DNA from: Schmidtea polychroa
Lineage: Eukaryota
Direction: 5' to 3'
Assembly (NCBI GenBank): GCA_044892525.1
Contig: CM097885.1
Coordinates: 12,340,001 to 12,404,000, forward strand
DNA: 64,000 nucleotides
The first letter of the stretch is position 1. Each line of letters opens with the position of its first letter. Shown here in pieces: positions 61,363 through 64,000 of this stretch. The notes below the pieces were generated by a model. That model did no database searches. It was not told the DNA's origin and was given only the letters and a program-made list of their open reading frames with translations. Made by a program: the position numbers and the translations under genes.

Positions 61363-62220
61363 GGGTTGATTTATCGTGCATGGTCTTTATCTTCTACTTT
61401 TAAAAATTCAGTAAAAGGTGTTGACATATTGGTTGAATTGTTAATGAAGAACGGTTATTCAAAATCCTTTTTAATAATTATTGTGAAAGAGACTCTTGAT
61501 AAATTTATTAAAAATCCTAAGGATCCATGTTTGAGAAAATCTGGGTGTGATGTTGTTGAGATGTGTGAGTCTGATGAGTTAAATATATTAAATAGTGTGA
61601 GCAAGGATGATTAGCCTAAATTTGTGTTAGTATTCCCGTACTCAGAACGTTTTAAGGATTATAAAGTGAAGATAAGAAAGCAGTTAGGGAATTTAAACTA
61701 TATGATAGTGTCAACTTTAAATAAGCTTTTGTGTATTGTATCTATTGATTGTTGTGTTAAATTAAATAATTAATAAAAAATTTTTAAATTATTAAATTAA
61801 ATTTTAAATGTTAAAATTTAAAAAAAATAATATATTTTTTTATAAAATGAAAAAAAATTTTTATATATAATTAAATTTGTTTAAAATCCTTAATTTAATG
61901 AGTTATTATATCCCACCTGATGATGACAGGAAAACTGTCGAAATTAATCGTGAAAAGAGTGTTTGATTGGCGTTATCTTATAAAATCAAATAACTAAACA
62001 ATTTATAAAATCTATTGATAAAACCAGTTATAATTAAATTTTTGTTCTAAAACTCGAAATTAAAAATATATATTACTGCACAATTTAACCAAGTAGTTGC
62101 ATTGAAAAATTAAATTTATCCATCAAATAAAATCTACAACCAGTTATAATTAAAAAATAATTAAAAATAATTAAAAGATTTTTCTAAAACTCAAAATTTA
62201 AAATAAATATTGCTATTATT
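61357..62220 (+). mobile_element. Inverted duplicate of the Penelope fragment and its flank
   Basis: Reverse complement of about 39380-39737 joined to about 38530-39030; the GIY-YIG part is deleted. Confidence 0.88.
61914..61952 (+). ncRNA. Minimal hammerhead ribozyme
   Basis: CACCTGATGATGACAGGAAAACTGTCGAAATTAATCGTG with an intact 5-bp stem II. Confidence 0.75.
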
Positions 62221-64000
62221 GCTTGAAATTTAACTGTACAATATAACCGAGTAGTTGCATCCTTTTTATACGGAGTGTACAATATATTGTACACAGTTTT
62301 GTGTGCTGAATATCTGTTGTACCTTTTCGAAAATATAATGTGAGAAGTACTTTTTAAGAAAATTGAAATTTGTTCTAGTACACTTTAATAATTTTGGCGT
62401 CATATAGTGACATTTTCAGTATTTTTCAGTTGATTGGTCTAGATAATTAATTTACCCACAGAATTAATTCCCGAATGAAAGGGATAGAAAGATTAAATTT
62501 ATCCATATTTCTTCAAATGATCATTTTTACCGGTATTCAACCGAGTTAATTACTAATTAAAATCACCTGATAGATTTCTCCCAATAAAGATCAATTTTCT
62601 TTAGTCGATGTTTTAAATCAATATTTCTCAACTTTTGTCATTGTCCATCTAAATAAAGATAAAAATAATTTAAAGTTGATATCAATTCCAATTATCTGTA
62701 AATATTTCATTGTCAAAACCAATTAAATCGATCATTACCAATACTTAATAAAATAATGTTCTAAACCATAAATCTAAATTAATTTACTGTGCATTAGTCA
62801 CAACCTAATAAAACGATATAATTTCCCATTATTATTGATTCATAACTGACTGATGTATTGCAATTTCCCTTAAAACATTGATATTTTTACCAACATCATC
62901 CTTAAAATATCATATATTCCCACCTTATCCTATCCCTCATTAAATCCAACCGATTATATCGACTTAAAAGATCATATTTTCCCATCTAAACCGATCCCTC
63001 ATTAAATATTTCTACCCTTTAAACTTCTAACCGACTATATCCCTTAATTCTACCCACTTGAAGTTATATTCTCCCTTAATCAATCAATCCTATTAAAATC
63101 CATAGAGAACCTAAAAAATATGACTTTTTATTAAATTTTATAGACACCAGACATTCTTCTATTGAAATAATTTAGAAGCTAAATAATAATAGCCCACTAA
63201 AAGATCAAATTTCATTATTTTCTACAAATATTTCACCCACCAAACACCTAACTAGAGATGATATATAATGATTGATCATAATTCTTTAGCGATTCAGCCA
63301 ATTATTTTCAAACAAATATAGCAAACTAAATTTCAGTATACCTTACAATAATTTTCAAGTAATTATAATGTCCTAGATAAAGTTAACTGGTTTCTTAGCT
63401 TATGTTTTTTAAAAGTTCATCAATGTGTAAATATTCTTAGAAAATTATTGGGAAAAAAAATTAGTCAAATGCATTACAAAGTCATCAAAAATTAAACCTA
63501 TTACTTGATTATTAACCTAACAGTCATTAAAAATTATTTTTTATTTAAAATTTAGCAAATTATCAAGAAATTCAATTAAAATCACCATTAAAATTTTAAT
63601 TTTTAATCAATCCACATGAAATTCGTAAAATTATTTAGTCAAATTCAATATCATTACAAAGTCATAATCAACAAAATTAATCCTATCATTATTAACCTAA
63701 CTATCATTAAAAATAATTTTTTTAATTAAAATGAAAAAAAACAAGTCAATAAAAAAATACAGCAAATTATCAAGAAATTAATTAATTTTATCTTAGAACT
63801 AACTTTAAATTTTTAAATATTCATTCAATCAATATGAAATTCATTAAAATGATAGAAATTCATAAAAATAATAGAAATTCACTAAAATGATAGAAGTTCT
63901 CGAAAATGATAGATATTTACTAAAACCATCAACTCTAAAAATTACCAATGAATACCTTAAACAACAAATTTGCCTAAATATTCATTCAAATTAAAGCATT

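Overview
Very AT-rich eukaryotic (animal) genomic DNA. The 57-bp GT-AG intron, AAT/TA microsatellites and transposon content would fit a flatworm-like host, but the host cannot be proven from sequence alone. The left 35 kb holds piggyBac and hAT remnants, the first coding exons of a tektin gene, a young near-intact Ty3/Gypsy element (293-bp LTRs, 5-bp TSD, -1 frameshift signal), satellites, nested solo LTRs, and an orphan intronless 4-TM gene. The right 28 kb is dominated by an endogenous Maverick/Polinton (adintovirus-like) element. It encodes a protein-primed PolB, penton, adenain-type protease, packaging ATPase, a truncated integrase, and pX-like, fibre-like and 2-TM accessory genes. The element has been turned into a quasi-palindrome (about 4.9-kb inverted arms around a 4.2-kb core), no major capsid gene is recognisable, and it is bracketed by inverted Penelope fragments carrying hammerhead ribozymes. 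The most unusual signal is a cluster of four tRNA-sized Pol III-type units (A box, B box, oligo-T) at and within the Maverick terminal repeats, reminiscent of adenovirus VA RNAs. All calls come from reading and hand-translating the sequence; no searches were run.
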